From NCBI GenBank assembly GCA_031416075.1, contig JANOSY010000073.1:1-64000 (forward strand): a stretch of 64,000 bases of DNA, written 5' to 3'. Positions within the stretch are counted from its first letter, which is position 1. Each line of letters starts with the position of its first letter. Of the stretch, positions 40,253-52,078 are shown piece after piece. The translations under genes and the position numbers were made by a program. Origin of the DNA: Candidatus Tenderia sp. (lineage in GTDB: Bacteria > Pseudomonadota > Gammaproteobacteria > Tenderiales > Tenderiaceae). The notes under the pieces are model-generated. The model searched no databases, was not told where the DNA came from, and saw only the letters and a list, made by a program, of their open reading frames with translations.

Positions 40253-40888
40253 TTAATTCATTGTGACTCTGAAACGAACAGCAACTCGACGCGGGTCAAC
40301 TACAGGGTCAGCTTGTGTTGACTTCACTATATTAAGCACAGCATTACCACCACCAAGCCCCACGGTCACCTGATTGGCTGTTGAGACATTCCAGTTAAGT
40401 TGATCGGCATCAACAGCCGCCGTCATAGCATTCCATGTCAAACCATTCCATGTTCCCCCACCTGTTCCAGCAGTTGTCCACGCAGTGTCGTTGCCTGCTG
40501 TCATCTCTATTCCTGGTGATGCAACTGTGTTAAGAATTTCGAAACTGGTGGGTACAACAGTAAAGGCACCCGTATCGATAGCATCTATAAAACGCACATC
40601 ACTAATATCCACAGATGAGCTGTTATCCACATAGAGTACAAAATAGAACTGCATCCCTGAAGGAATGCTGGCACTGGCACCTAGATTGTTACCATTAAGA
40701 TTGCGCGCCTCTTTGGTAATTCCAAGCGCTGCTGCATTAATTGTGATAACCCCTGAATTAGTTAAACTAACCCCGCCCCCTCCTGGATAAGTGGCCTGAT
40801 TGGTTGCGGCAAAGGCCGATGTCCCAAGAAGCATGGGTAAACTTGCTATGCCACTTAACCATAGTTTTCTACTTCCAACCCCGCTCAT
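40253..40888 (-). CDS. secreted DUF11-like single-domain protein (putative major pilin)
   Basis: Signal peptide (AFA cleavage site); LGITKEA...G..FYFVLYVDN...DVRF.D; ends VRFRVTMN; strong RBS AGGAGA. Confidence 0.7.
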   Translation of the reverse strand: MSGVGSRKLWLSGIASLPMLLGTSAFAATNQATYPGGGGVSLTNSGVITINAAALGITKEARNLNGNNLGASASIPSGMQFYFVLYVDNSSSVDISDVRFIDAIDTGAFTVVPTSFEILNTVASPGIEMTAGNDTAWTTAGTGGGTWNGLTWNAMTAAVDADQLNWNVSTANQVTVGLGGGNAVLNIVKSTQADPVVDPRRVAVRFRVTMN

Positions 40889-41200
40889 AATTCATCTCCT
40901 GTTTTTTTAACTACATCCAATACAGATCCAAGCCTCATATCTCTATAAATGCTTAAAGTGTCACATGTTTTTAACGACACTAATTAGCGGTATCTTAAGT
41001 AAGATCCGCATAGAAATAGGGAGAAAAACCATTAACTTGAAAAGTTCATTAAGAAATTTAGAGGTGCTGCCGACAGATAGAGACAACCTGTACTTTAAGG
41101 CATTATCGTTAAACAGCTAGTTTCAGAAAAAAAGTGGGATAGAGAAAGAACTATTTGTATCAGAGATAGTGTGTGGGTCAGTGAGTGTAGATTATAAACC

Positions 41201-41227
41201 CTCCAGACCAATAGGATTGGTCTGGAG
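41201..41227 (-). terminator. stem-loop terminator downstream of dsbA
   Basis: Perfect 12-bp stem CTCCAGACCAAT/ATTGGTCTGGAG with a 3-nt loop. Confidence 0.65.
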
Positions 41228-41251
41228 CGGATGTTGTTTCACAGATTAGCC

Positions 41252-41908
41252 TTAATAGTTCGCTTTAATCTCAGCATCAACCAAATTGACTAACTGCTCA
41301 TAACCAAAGCTGGGAAGTGGTTTGCCGTTAACAAAGAACGTTGGAGTCTTGGTAGCTCCCAACAATTGACCATCACTAATATCCTGTCTAATTGCATTGG
41401 CTACTGCTTGGCTGTTCATATCTTGTTGTAACTTAAAGAAGTCGATTGTAGTTTGCGTCCGGTTCAGATGGTTCCAAAATACTTCTGGCTGGGCGACATG
41501 ATTGATTGTCCAATTGCGCTGAGTAGAAAACATTAGCTCCAGCACTGGCCAGAACTGCCCTTGCAGTTTGGCTGCTTCAAGAATAGCGACCATTTGGTCG
41601 GATCCTTGATGTAATGGTGCATAACGAACCACTAGATTAACCTTGCCACTATGTTTTTCAAGCAGCTTTTTAACTAGCGGATGAAATTTTGCACAGGTTT
41701 CACAGGCTGGATCCATAAATTCAACTATGGTTACTTTGGCATTAGAGCTTCCTTCTCTGACTGAGTGGTCTCGTATCAATGACTCCCTGTTTTTTGTGGC
41801 TTGCTGTTCAGCTTTTTCACCTTGTTCTGAATTATACACAACGGCTACCAATGTAAAAGCAATGCCTATCAAAAGAATGGCGATGATCGTAAAGTGACTC
41901 TGTTTCAT
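41252..41908 (-). CDS. DsbA-family thiol-disulfide oxidoreductase (BdbD-like)
   Basis: VTIVEF.DPACETC, cis-Pro TPTFFVNG. Confidence 0.9.
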   Translation of the reverse strand: MKQSHFTIIAILLIGIAFTLVAVVYNSEQGEKAEQQATKNRESLIRDHSVREGSSNAKVTIVEFMDPACETCAKFHPLVKKLLEKHSGKVNLVVRYAPLHQGSDQMVAILEAAKLQGQFWPVLELMFSTQRNWTINHVAQPEVFWNHLNRTQTTIDFFKLQQDMNSQAVANAIRQDISDGQLLGATKTPTFFVNGKPLPSFGYEQLVNLVDAEIKANY

Positions 41909-41947
41909 TATTGAAGTCCTAGCGAGTATGTGGTGATATTTTTACAA

Positions 41948-42388
41948 CTATAGCCGATTACTAAACGTACGTGTCTTTAACAACAAGGCTATTATGATGA
42001 TAAACGATAACAATGACAGCAATGGGATGGGTAAAAAACCAAATAATTCCATTGAGGCGTCGGCACAGGAGACTCCTTGACTACATGGTTGCATGTTTTC
42101 AGGAATGAATCCGTAAAACAGTAAACAATGGTAGAGGGTAAAGAGCAGTCCAATGACGGCTAGAGGTAACGCATAACGCACCACTTTAAGATCTAAAGGG
42201 TGCAGTCCTAATAGTAGAATAATTGCCAGAGGGAACATAAATATTCGCTGGAACCAGCAAAGAATACAGGGCACAAGATCCATCACTTCGCTAAAAAAAA
42301 GACTTGCCACGGTAGATACCATGGCAATCAGCCAAGCACTCGATAAATATGGCCAACCAGCCTGTTTCATACCTGACTTATCTGTCAT
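41948..42388 (-). CDS. disulfide bond formation protein DsbB (BdbC-like)
   Basis: PCILCWFQRIFMFP, second Cys pair, 4 TM. Confidence 0.92.
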   Translation of the reverse strand: MTDKSGMKQAGWPYLSSAWLIAMVSTVASLFFSEVMDLVPCILCWFQRIFMFPLAIILLLGLHPLDLKVVRYALPLAVIGLLFTLYHCLLFYGFIPENMQPCSQGVSCADASMELFGFLPIPLLSLLSFIIIIALLLKTRTFSNRL

Positions 42389-42417
42389 TAATGCACCTCA
42401 TATTGAAAATATTGGGG

Positions 42418-42876
42418 TTATGCGCCGTCAGGGATTTCAGGTTCAACTATATATGACAGGAGTGTCAGTGACTCCTGCCAGCCGAGATAACAGAGTTCTA
42501 ACGGAATAACTGATGGCACCCCCTCTTGAGTGATGGTCAGTTCGCTGCCACAAACCACTCCCCTTAATGACACCGTCACCAACATCTCACCGGGGAGGTG
42601 AGGGTCATCAAATTTATTCTCATATCTAATCTGTTTGTAGGGTAAAAGTTCAATGTACTTGCCACTGAAGGAGTGGCTGTTTCCTGTACTGAAGTTTATA
42701 AACGACATATGGTAACCATGATCAATGCGGGCATCCATGTGATGGACTTTACCAATGAATCCATAAGGTGGCAGCCATTTCACCATGGCATCCGGATCAA
42801 TAAACGCCCGATAAATACGTTCCGGTTTGGCTCGAATCACACGATGAAGATGGATGGTATTTGTTGTATGGCTCAT
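42418..42876 (-). CDS. SRPBCC / AHSA1-like protein
   Basis: LHRV..A.PERIYRAF.DPDA..KWLPP...CYLGWQESL. Confidence 0.88.
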   Translation of the reverse strand: MSHTTNTIHLHRVIRAKPERIYRAFIDPDAMVKWLPPYGFIGKVHHMDARIDHGYHMSFINFSTGNSHSFSGKYIELLPYKQIRYENKFDDPHLPGEMLVTVSLRGVVCGSELTITQEGVPSVIPLELCYLGWQESLTLLSYIVEPEIPDGA

Positions 42877-42924
42877 AACAGACTCCTTCACGAAGTGGGT
42901 TATATGGTGGTTGGTTTAATCAAA

Positions 42925-43848
42925 CTAATCTCTACCTTTTTTATCTTCATTGTTTAACTCACCCTGCTCGGTATTTTGGAGTACCTCTTTCTGTTGCCGC
43001 TCAATACGGGCAGCTTCCACCATGCTGGGGGTCTCCAACGTAATGCGGCCAATAGCACCTGCCCGGTAATCGTGCAGCAGCACTTCAGATGCCTTATGTA
43101 GATCGATAATGCCACCTGTCCTCAGTCCACCACGTTTGCTGCCAATAAGCTCCAATAGCTCTACTTCGCTTTTGGGCAGCTCTTTTAGTTTATACCGTGC
43201 TATTAATGCATCAGGGTATGTCTGCAATAAAAACTGGGCGGCATACATCGCAACATCTTCATACTCCATGGCGGTATTACGAATAGCACCGGAAATCGCC
43301 AGTCGATAGCCGCTATTAATATCTTCCATACGTGGCCAGAGAATGCCTGGAGTATCTGACAGATCCATGCCTTCACAAAGACGAATCCGCTGCTGCTTTT
43401 TAGTCACTGCTGGCTCATTGCCAACTTTGGCCAATACCCTGCCCGCCAACGCATTCATTAGGGTTGATTTGCCGACATTAGGAATACCGATGATCATGAT
43501 ACGTGTCGGTTTAAGTGCACTGTTACGTTCAGGTACAAGCTTGCGCACCAGATCCAGCAGCTGTCGTGTTTGACCTTTCTGTTCTGCGACTAGCGCGACG
43601 GCCTTAACGCCTGCTTCCTTCTCAAAATAGTTTAGCCAGAGCTGGGTCACCAGTGGATCTGCCAGATCATTTTTATTCAGGACCTTGATACAAGGGCGAT
43701 GTTGTCGTAACTCTGTCACTACCGGATTTTCACTGCTATAAGGGATACGCGCATCCATCACTTCGATAACAATATCGATCTGAGGCATGACCTTTTTAAT
43801 CTCTTTGCACGCCTTGTGCATGTGTCCGGGGTACCACTGTACTGCCAT
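42925..43848 (-). CDS. ylqF: ribosome biogenesis GTPase YlqF/RbgA
   Basis: QWYPGHM, DARIP.SS.NP, NK.DL, G.PNVGKST, DTPG. Confidence 0.95.
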   Translation of the reverse strand: MAVQWYPGHMHKACKEIKKVMPQIDIVIEVMDARIPYSSENPVVTELRQHRPCIKVLNKNDLADPLVTQLWLNYFEKEAGVKAVALVAEQKGQTRQLLDLVRKLVPERNSALKPTRIMIIGIPNVGKSTLMNALAGRVLAKVGNEPAVTKKQQRIRLCEGMDLSDTPGILWPRMEDINSGYRLAISGAIRNTAMEYEDVAMYAAQFLLQTYPDALIARYKLKELPKSEVELLELIGSKRGGLRTGGIIDLHKASEVLLHDYRAGAIGRITLETPSMVEAARIERQQKEVLQNTEQGELNNEDKKGRD

Positions 43849-43919
43849 AGCGCTTCTCGTTATTTATAATTGAAGAGGTGGTACGAAATTGACCTGCCAG
43901 CGCTGATGATTGAAGACCT

Positions 43920-44408
43920 TTAACGCCTCAAACCACCAAAAACCTCTGCAAGATTGATATCCCCTTCCTGGGAAAAAGGCAGTGCCATGGCAGACCCGGA
44001 CAGATGGGCCTTACCGGAGAGTTTATAACTCACCACTTCTGCCTTTGTGGCTGTCACCCCTTTGAGCTGCTGCAGCAACCCGGCAAGGGTACTCACCGCT
44101 TCAACCTCAACCAGCGCCGTACCAAAACGAGGCACGGTGACTGGGGCTGCGCTCACGGCTGTCACAAAAGGTTGATTATTAAGTTCCAGGCGCATCTGCA
44201 AACCATCAATAGGCAGATCAAAGTTATTCGGGTTTTGAACACGTACCTGCACACGGTAGCGCTGCTCCAACAGCGTACTCTCTATTAGCGTGATATTGGT
44301 TAGGCTAACCTCAGGTCGCTCAGCCTGTTTCATCATACTGGCGCAACCCGCCAGCAACAGCGCTGCTGCCACAACAAACAGACCTTTCAACAGATTTTCA
44401 TGCCGCAT
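43920..44408 (-). CDS. LEA type 2 (WHy domain) lipoprotein
   Basis: Lipobox LAGC; V.NPN.FDLPI.G motif. Confidence 0.88.
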   Translation of the reverse strand: MRHENLLKGLFVVAAALLLAGCASMMKQAERPEVSLTNITLIESTLLEQRYRVQVRVQNPNNFDLPIDGLQMRLELNNQPFVTAVSAAPVTVPRFGTALVEVEAVSTLAGLLQQLKGVTATKAEVVSYKLSGKAHLSGSAMALPFSQEGDINLAEVFGGLRR

Positions 44409-44513
44409 ATATCATCTCCAGATAACCATTAGCCTGCTATTTTACATCACATCAGACAACACAGTACGATCATCCGCCCTTGCAGAGGCCTGTTGCCGGT
44501 ATAATGCGGTCCT

Positions 44514-46640
<2,127 letters not shown>

Positions 46641-46651
46641 CCCATAACAAC

Positions 46652-46683
46652 CACCCTCCCCTTGCAATATAAAGGGGAAGGTG
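46652..46683. terminator. hairpin between convergent recQ and minE
   Basis: CACCCTCCCCTT...AAGGGGAAGGTG inverted repeat. Confidence 0.55.
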
Positions 46684-46692
46684 TTTAAGGCG

Positions 46693-46977
46693 TTAACGTC
46701 GTGCAGCGGCCTTCGCCTTTTTTTCATTCTCTGGCAGGGTGATATTCAACTCCAGAATATCAAACCCACCTTCGCGATCCAGATTAACCTTAATGTCACC
46801 CAGATCGATATTGGCATATTTGCTGACAACCGCCAGTAGCTCCTGTTTGAGGGCTGGCAGATAGTCTGGCGCATCATCATTGGTATGTTCATGGGCAAGG
46901 ATGATCTGCAAACGCTCCTTGGCGACAGAAGCGCTTTTCTTGTTGCGATTGCGTGTTAGGTAATCGAGGATAGACAT
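46693..46977 (-). CDS. minE: cell division topological specificity factor
   Basis: [16 protein letters not shown]...ILELNITLP. Confidence 0.97.
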   Translation of the reverse strand: MSILDYLTRNRNKKSASVAKERLQIILAHEHTNDDAPDYLPALKQELLAVVSKYANIDLGDIKVNLDREGGFDILELNITLPENEKKAKAAARR

Positions 46978-46980
46978 GGC

Positions 46981-47790
46981 TTAGGTCCCAAACAGTCGTT
47001 GCAGAAAACCCTTTTTCTCGGGTCCCATAAAGCGCATCGGACGCTCTTCGCCCAGGAAACGCGCCACCAGATCCTGATAAGCCTGACCACTGTTACTGTC
47101 ATCATCACGCACGACCGGCACGCCAGAGTTGGAGGCCTGCAACACTGCGGGGGATTCAGGGATGATACCGAGCAGTTTGATGCCCAGCAGCTCCTGGATA
47201 TCATCGATGCTAAGCATCTCGCCACTCTCAACACGGCTGGGTGAGTAGCGTGTGACAACCAGATGTTCCTTGATTGGGTCCAGACCATCTTCAGCACGTT
47301 TTGACTTGGCGCTAAGGATACCGAGAATGCGGTCAGAGTCACGCACTGACGAAACCTCGGGGTTGGTAACAATCAACGCCTCATCGGCAAAATAGAGCGC
47401 CATCAATGCACCACGTTCAATACCGGCAGGTGAGTCACAAACGATAAAATCAAAGCTCTCTTTCAGCTCGTCAATCACCTTACCCACACCCTCTTTGGAG
47501 AAGGCATCTTTATCGCGGGTTTGCGAGGCTGGCAGAATGTAAAGATTGTCGTAGGCCTTATCGCGAATCAGTGCCTGTTTCAGCGTTGCCTCACCATTGA
47601 TGACGTTGACAAAATCATAGACCACACGACGCTCGCACCCCATGATAAGGTCCAAGTTGCGCAGTCCAACATCAAAATCAATAACAACCGTTTTATGACC
47701 ACGCATGGCCAGACCGGTAGAAAAACTTGCGCTGGTAGTAGTCTTGCCTACCCCACCCTTGCCTGACGTGACGACAATTACCTTGGACAA
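46981..47790 (-). CDS. minD: septum site-determining ATPase
   Basis: TSGKGGVGKTT, DVGLRNLD, C-terminal KGFLQRLFG helix. Confidence 0.97.
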   Translation of the reverse strand: MSKVIVVTSGKGGVGKTTTSASFSTGLAMRGHKTVVIDFDVGLRNLDLIMGCERRVVYDFVNVINGEATLKQALIRDKAYDNLYILPASQTRDKDAFSKEGVGKVIDELKESFDFIVCDSPAGIERGALMALYFADEALIVTNPEVSSVRDSDRILGILSAKSKRAEDGLDPIKEHLVVTRYSPSRVESGEMLSIDDIQELLGIKLLGIIPESPAVLQASNSGVPVVRDDDSNSGQAYQDLVARFLGEERPMRFMGPEKKGFLQRLFGT

Positions 47791-47898
47791 GGTTGCCTCC
47801 TTAATTCACTCAAAATGGACTCAATCACTGTTGCATCTATTCGATGCAACGACCGTTTTATTATTCGCTTCCTAACACCTGCTAACCACACACGCACC

Positions 47899-48693
47899 TT
47901 AAAGCAGTGGTGCGACTAACAGCTGCGTGCCCTCAAGGTACGCCTGCACAGGTTTGCCACGTAGCGTGGCTGGCTGTGACGCTTCATAAACCTGATAGTT
48001 ACCCGCAATAGCCAGCAGCTCCGCCTCCATGGACTGGGTAAAGATACGGGCACTCTCATCCCCCAATACCCCCGCCATCGCACGACCACGCAAAGGGGCA
48101 TATATATGGATGTTGCCGTCAGCAATCACCTCAGCCCCTGCGTTAACCTGAGCCATCACAATAAGATCACCGCCCTGGGCATAAATCTGCTGACCCGAGC
48201 GTACCGGTTGCCGTATCACACGGGTAGGACGGGTCACCGCCTGTGCCAGAACCGGCGCTTCAACCTTGGGAGACTCTTCTGTCTGCTTTTTAGTCGCTGT
48301 CGTTGGCACAGCCCCACCCTTAAGCACAGCCAAACCGGCGGCTATTGCTGCCGCGTTTTGCATCTCTGTTCCGTGACGAATTCCAACGGGGACCAACTGA
48401 TGGCAACGTAGCAACGTCGCCAGTGTCGATAACTCAAGCACACCATCATCATCCCGCAGGTGCTCAAGATCAATCACAACCGGGGCATTTTCAAAAAATG
48501 CGAGATGTTTGGCCAGCTGCTGGGAGAGCGTTTCACCAATCTCCTGCACATCAGCGCTATACAGCCGCAGTACAGGCAGTGTAAACATCGATCCTTTAAT
48601 TTCGACTGCACGATGAGTGTCAGGTGTCACGGATGCCTCTATTTTCCTAGCATCGGATTGCAACGTTGCAAACCCTCCAAGTTGTTCAGCCAC
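47899..48693 (-). CDS. minC: septum site-determining protein
   Basis: PVRSGQQIYA, GAEVIADGNIHIY..LRGRAMAG; start uncertain. Confidence 0.93.
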   Translation of the reverse strand: MAEQLGGFATLQSDARKIEASVTPDTHRAVEIKGSMFTLPVLRLYSADVQEIGETLSQQLAKHLAFFENAPVVIDLEHLRDDDGVLELSTLATLLRCHQLVPVGIRHGTEMQNAAAIAAGLAVLKGGAVPTTATKKQTEESPKVEAPVLAQAVTRPTRVIRQPVRSGQQIYAQGGDLIVMAQVNAGAEVIADGNIHIYAPLRGRAMAGVLGDESARIFTQSMEAELLAIAGNYQVYEASQPATLRGKPVQAYLEGTQLLVAPLL

Positions 48694-48885
48694 TTTAGTT
48701 AAGCCTGACGAACGCCAGAATTTGCGGCTACTTTAACATAGCCACGACTACGACTGGAACCATATTGTCCTAGCCACAACAATCGAACAGACACACTCAC
48801 ACACTTAAGCGAAGCTTTATAACCGCACCGCAACTTCCGCAACTACTTTATAATGAGTTCAAGTGTGTGAAGATCGAGTAGCCTG

Positions 48886-49809
48886 ATGGCCATCCCTATC
48901 AACAAAGTCCAAACCGAAAACCTGCTGAAGCTGGCAACCTATGCTTCTGTTGGCACGGCGCTATTACTAATTTCAGCCAAAACAGTCGCTTATTGGCACA
49001 CCGATTCTGTCAGTATTCTGGCGTCACTCATTGACTCCCTCATGGATGCGGGCGCATCGCTGATCAACCTGCTGGCGGTGCACTACGCCCTGTCGCCACC
49101 AGACAAAGAACATCGCTACGGTCACGGCAAGGCTGAATCGGTGGCGGGTTTGGCGCAGGCCACCTTTATTGCTGGTTCTGGGGTCTATCTCATCGTGCAC
49201 TCGGTTGAGCGGCTGCTTAACCCGCAACCGATCATGGCGCTCGATATCGGTCTCTGGGTCATGGGATTCTCTATTATTGCCACCACCATATTGATGTTTT
49301 TTCAACATCACGTCATTCGTCAGACCCAATCCACAGCGATTCGGGCCGATGCCCTGCATTACAAAACCGACCTATTTACCAATGTGGCCATCATTGCCGC
49401 ACTGCTGCTGTCGCAGATTGGCTGGCTGGGTATTGACCCACTCTTTGCCCTGGGAATTGCCGCTTACGTCCTCTATAGCTCATGGCAGATTGGTAACGAG
49501 GCCTTTCATGACCTAATCGACCACGAACTGCCCGATGAGAAACGCAAACAGATCATCCAGATTGCCAAATCACAACAGGGTGTTCTGGGTGTGCACGATC
49601 TACGTACCCGACTCTCAGGTCGTACCGAATACATACAGATGCATCTGGAGCTGCCCGATGAGTTATCCCTGATACAGGCACATATCATCGCTGACGGTGT
49701 GGAAAAAGCGATTAAACGGGCCTTCCCAGCAGCAGACATTGTCATTCATCAGGATCCCATCAGCACGGTTAACCTGGACCTGGTGCCTGTTACAGGTAAA
49801 AACGGCTAG
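48886..49809 (+). CDS. fieF: cation diffusion facilitator transporter (FieF-like)
   Basis: DSLMD, PPD.EH.YGHGKAE, ADALHY.TD, HDLRTR.SG, IH.DP. Confidence 0.9.
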   Translation: MAIPINKVQTENLLKLATYASVGTALLLISAKTVAYWHTDSVSILASLIDSLMDAGASLINLLAVHYALSPPDKEHRYGHGKAESVAGLAQATFIAGSGVYLIVHSVERLLNPQPIMALDIGLWVMGFSIIATTILMFFQHHVIRQTQSTAIRADALHYKTDLFTNVAIIAALLLSQIGWLGIDPLFALGIAAYVLYSSWQIGNEAFHDLIDHELPDEKRKQIIQIAKSQQGVLGVHDLRTRLSGRTEYIQMHLELPDELSLIQAHIIADGVEKAIKRAFPAADIVIHQDPISTVNLDLVPVTGKNG

Positions 49810-49816
49810 ACAACCG

Positions 49817-50557
49817 TTATTCATAGCCGCCATCACTAATGATCTTGCGCCCTTCAGCGCTACCGATAAATTGCCACAACTGTGTCGCCACCGGATTTTT
49901 CTTGCCGGTTTCCAACACCACCATCTGCTGTTCGATGGGGTTATGCAGGGTTGCCGGCACCAGCCAATAGCTCCCTTTACCCGTCCACTCCGCCTGTTTA
50001 ATCTGCGCCAGTGCAATAAATGCGCTATCAGCACTGCCACTGATTGCAAATTGAAATGCCTGGGCGATGTTCTGGCCACGTATCAGGGTTTTTTGTAATC
50101 CACGCCACTGATTAAGCTGTATCAATGTCTGCTGTGCAGCCAGACCGTAAGGGGCCGTTTCGGGGTTGGCAATCGCCACCCGGCCAGCCAACCCTTTTTT
50201 CAACACCCCCCCTTCACTATATATATAGCTAGGATTACTGCTCCAAAGCACCAGACGCCCCACCGCGTAGCGTATGCGGGTAGCGGCCAGCGCTTTGCCT
50301 TGTAATACCAGCTTTTCAGGACGCTCCGCATCGGCGGAAAGAAACAGCTCATAGGGGGCTCCATTCATGATCTGTGCGTATAACGCACCGGTAGAGCCAA
50401 AGCTGGTGGCTACCTTGTGGCCTGTTTTCTCTGTAAAACGGTCGGCCAGCCGCTCAAAGGTGGCCCCAAAATTAGCCGCCACCGCAACACTCACCTCGCC
50501 CGCCCAACCGCTTCCATTACCCACAAAAAGCAATACCACTGCCAACCACCGCTTCAT
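49817..50557 (-). CDS. modA: molybdate ABC substrate-binding protein
   Basis: VAVAANF, SFGSTG.LYAQI.NGAP, IANP.TAPYG.AA. Confidence 0.92.
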   Translation of the reverse strand: MKRWLAVVLLFVGNGSGWAGEVSVAVAANFGATFERLADRFTEKTGHKVATSFGSTGALYAQIMNGAPYELFLSADAERPEKLVLQGKALAATRIRYAVGRLVLWSSNPSYIYSEGGVLKKGLAGRVAIANPETAPYGLAAQQTLIQLNQWRGLQKTLIRGQNIAQAFQFAISGSADSAFIALAQIKQAEWTGKGSYWLVPATLHNPIEQQMVVLETGKKNPVATQLWQFIGSAEGRKIISDGGYE

Positions 50558-50683
50558 CAACCACTCCCGATTTTTGCAATACCGGCAGACTGGCGATACA
50601 CATCCCGTCCTAATCATTCCCGGCCATATCGATTACAATGCCACTAATATTGATCTGATTGCTATTTTTAAGGACACCCCCCT

Positions 50684-52069
50684 TTGAACGACACCCCCTT
50701 CTCCACCCTGAAGCTCAACCCGGCCCTGCTGGATAACGTCCTATCACTGGGATATGAGGCCATGACCCCCATACAGGCCCTCAGCCTACCACCCATTCTG
50801 GCTGGGAAAGATGTCATTGCCCAAGGCAAAACAGGCTCTGGCAAAACAGCTGCCTTCTCCCTGGGGCTGCTCCAAGGGCTTAATATCAGACGCTTTTGCA
50901 TTCAGGCACTCATCCTCTGCCCAACACGGGAGCTGGCAGACCAGGTCGCCAACGAAATCCGCAAACTAGGCAGAACCCTCAACAATTTAAAGGTACTGAC
51001 ACTCTGCGGCGGCACGCCGTTTGGGCCACAGGTCGGCTCTCTGGAACACGGCACCCACGTAGTGGTGGGTACCCCAGGACGTATCGCCGACCACCTGCGT
51101 CGAGAAACACTGGACCTAAGCAACCTGCAAATATTGGTGCTGGATGAGGCGGACCGCATGCTTGATATGGGATTTCAGGCGGAGATCGAGGCGATTATCA
51201 AGCAGACTCCCACACAGCGTCAAACCCTGTTATTCAGCGCCACCTTTCCGGAACAGATTGATACCATCGCCCAGCGGATCATGAACGACCCCGTCACCGT
51301 GCAGGCCATCAGCACCCATGACAACAGCACCATCCAGCAGCACTTCTATCAGGTAGAGGATAGCGACCGGCTGACAGCCCTGCGTCTGCTGTTATTAGAG
51401 TTTCGCCCCGCCTCGGCGGTTGTCTTTTGCAACACCAAAATCAACACCGCAGCGGTGGCCGACGAACTGCGTGGCCACGGTTTTAGCGTGTTGGCACTGC
51501 ACGGTGATCTGGAGCAGCGAGACCGCGACCAGACCCTGGCACGGTTTGCCAACAAAAGCGCCTCCATCCTGGTCGCCACCGATGTGGCCGCCCGCGGCCT
51601 CGACATCGACACCCTCGATGCCGTCATTAACTACGACATCGCCCGCGACGCCGAAACCCACGTCCACCGCATTGGTCGCACGGGCCGGGCAGGCAGCAAT
51701 GGCATCGCCTGCACCCTTTATAGTGAAAAAGAACGTGGCAAAATCGCCCGCATTGAACTCTACCTGGATCAGGCAATGGAGAGTCAGCCACTGCCACCAC
51801 TCACCCTGCTCGACCACCCCCCCTACACACCGCCCATGACAACGCTGCAGATCGATGGTGGCAAAAAACAGAAAGTACGCCCCGGTGACATCCTCGGGGC
51901 GTTAACCGGTGAGGCCGGCATCACCGGCCAACAGGTAGGCAAAATTCAGGTCTTTGAAAACTTTGCCCTGGTTGCCGTCAACCGCGATGCAACCAAAGCA
52001 GCGCTCCAGAAACTGACCGACGGCAAACTCAAGGGGCGCTCATTCCGGGTAAGAGAGATACGGGGCTAA
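50684..52069 (+). CDS. dbpA: ATP-dependent RNA helicase DbpA
   Basis: TGSGKT, DEAD, HRIGRTGRAG, C-terminal GGKKQKVRPGDILGALTG RNA-binding domain. Confidence 0.95.
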   Translation: MNDTPFSTLKLNPALLDNVLSLGYEAMTPIQALSLPPILAGKDVIAQGKTGSGKTAAFSLGLLQGLNIRRFCIQALILCPTRELADQVANEIRKLGRTLNNLKVLTLCGGTPFGPQVGSLEHGTHVVVGTPGRIADHLRRETLDLSNLQILVLDEADRMLDMGFQAEIEAIIKQTPTQRQTLLFSATFPEQIDTIAQRIMNDPVTVQAISTHDNSTIQQHFYQVEDSDRLTALRLLLLEFRPASAVVFCNTKINTAAVADELRGHGFSVLALHGDLEQRDRDQTLARFANKSASILVATDVAARGLDIDTLDAVINYDIARDAETHVHRIGRTGRAGSNGIACTLYSEKERGKIARIELYLDQAMESQPLPPLTLLDHPPYTPPMTTLQIDGGKKQKVRPGDILGALTGEAGITGQQVGKIQVFENFALVAVNRDATKAALQKLTDGKLKGRSFRVREIRG

Positions 52070-52078
52070 TCCCCCACC

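Noticed and set aside
41049-41076. sigma28-like box TTAAG...GCCGACAG upstream of the DUF11 genes
   Set aside because: It lies on the + strand, pointing away from the minus-strand pilin genes, and its spacing is off by one.
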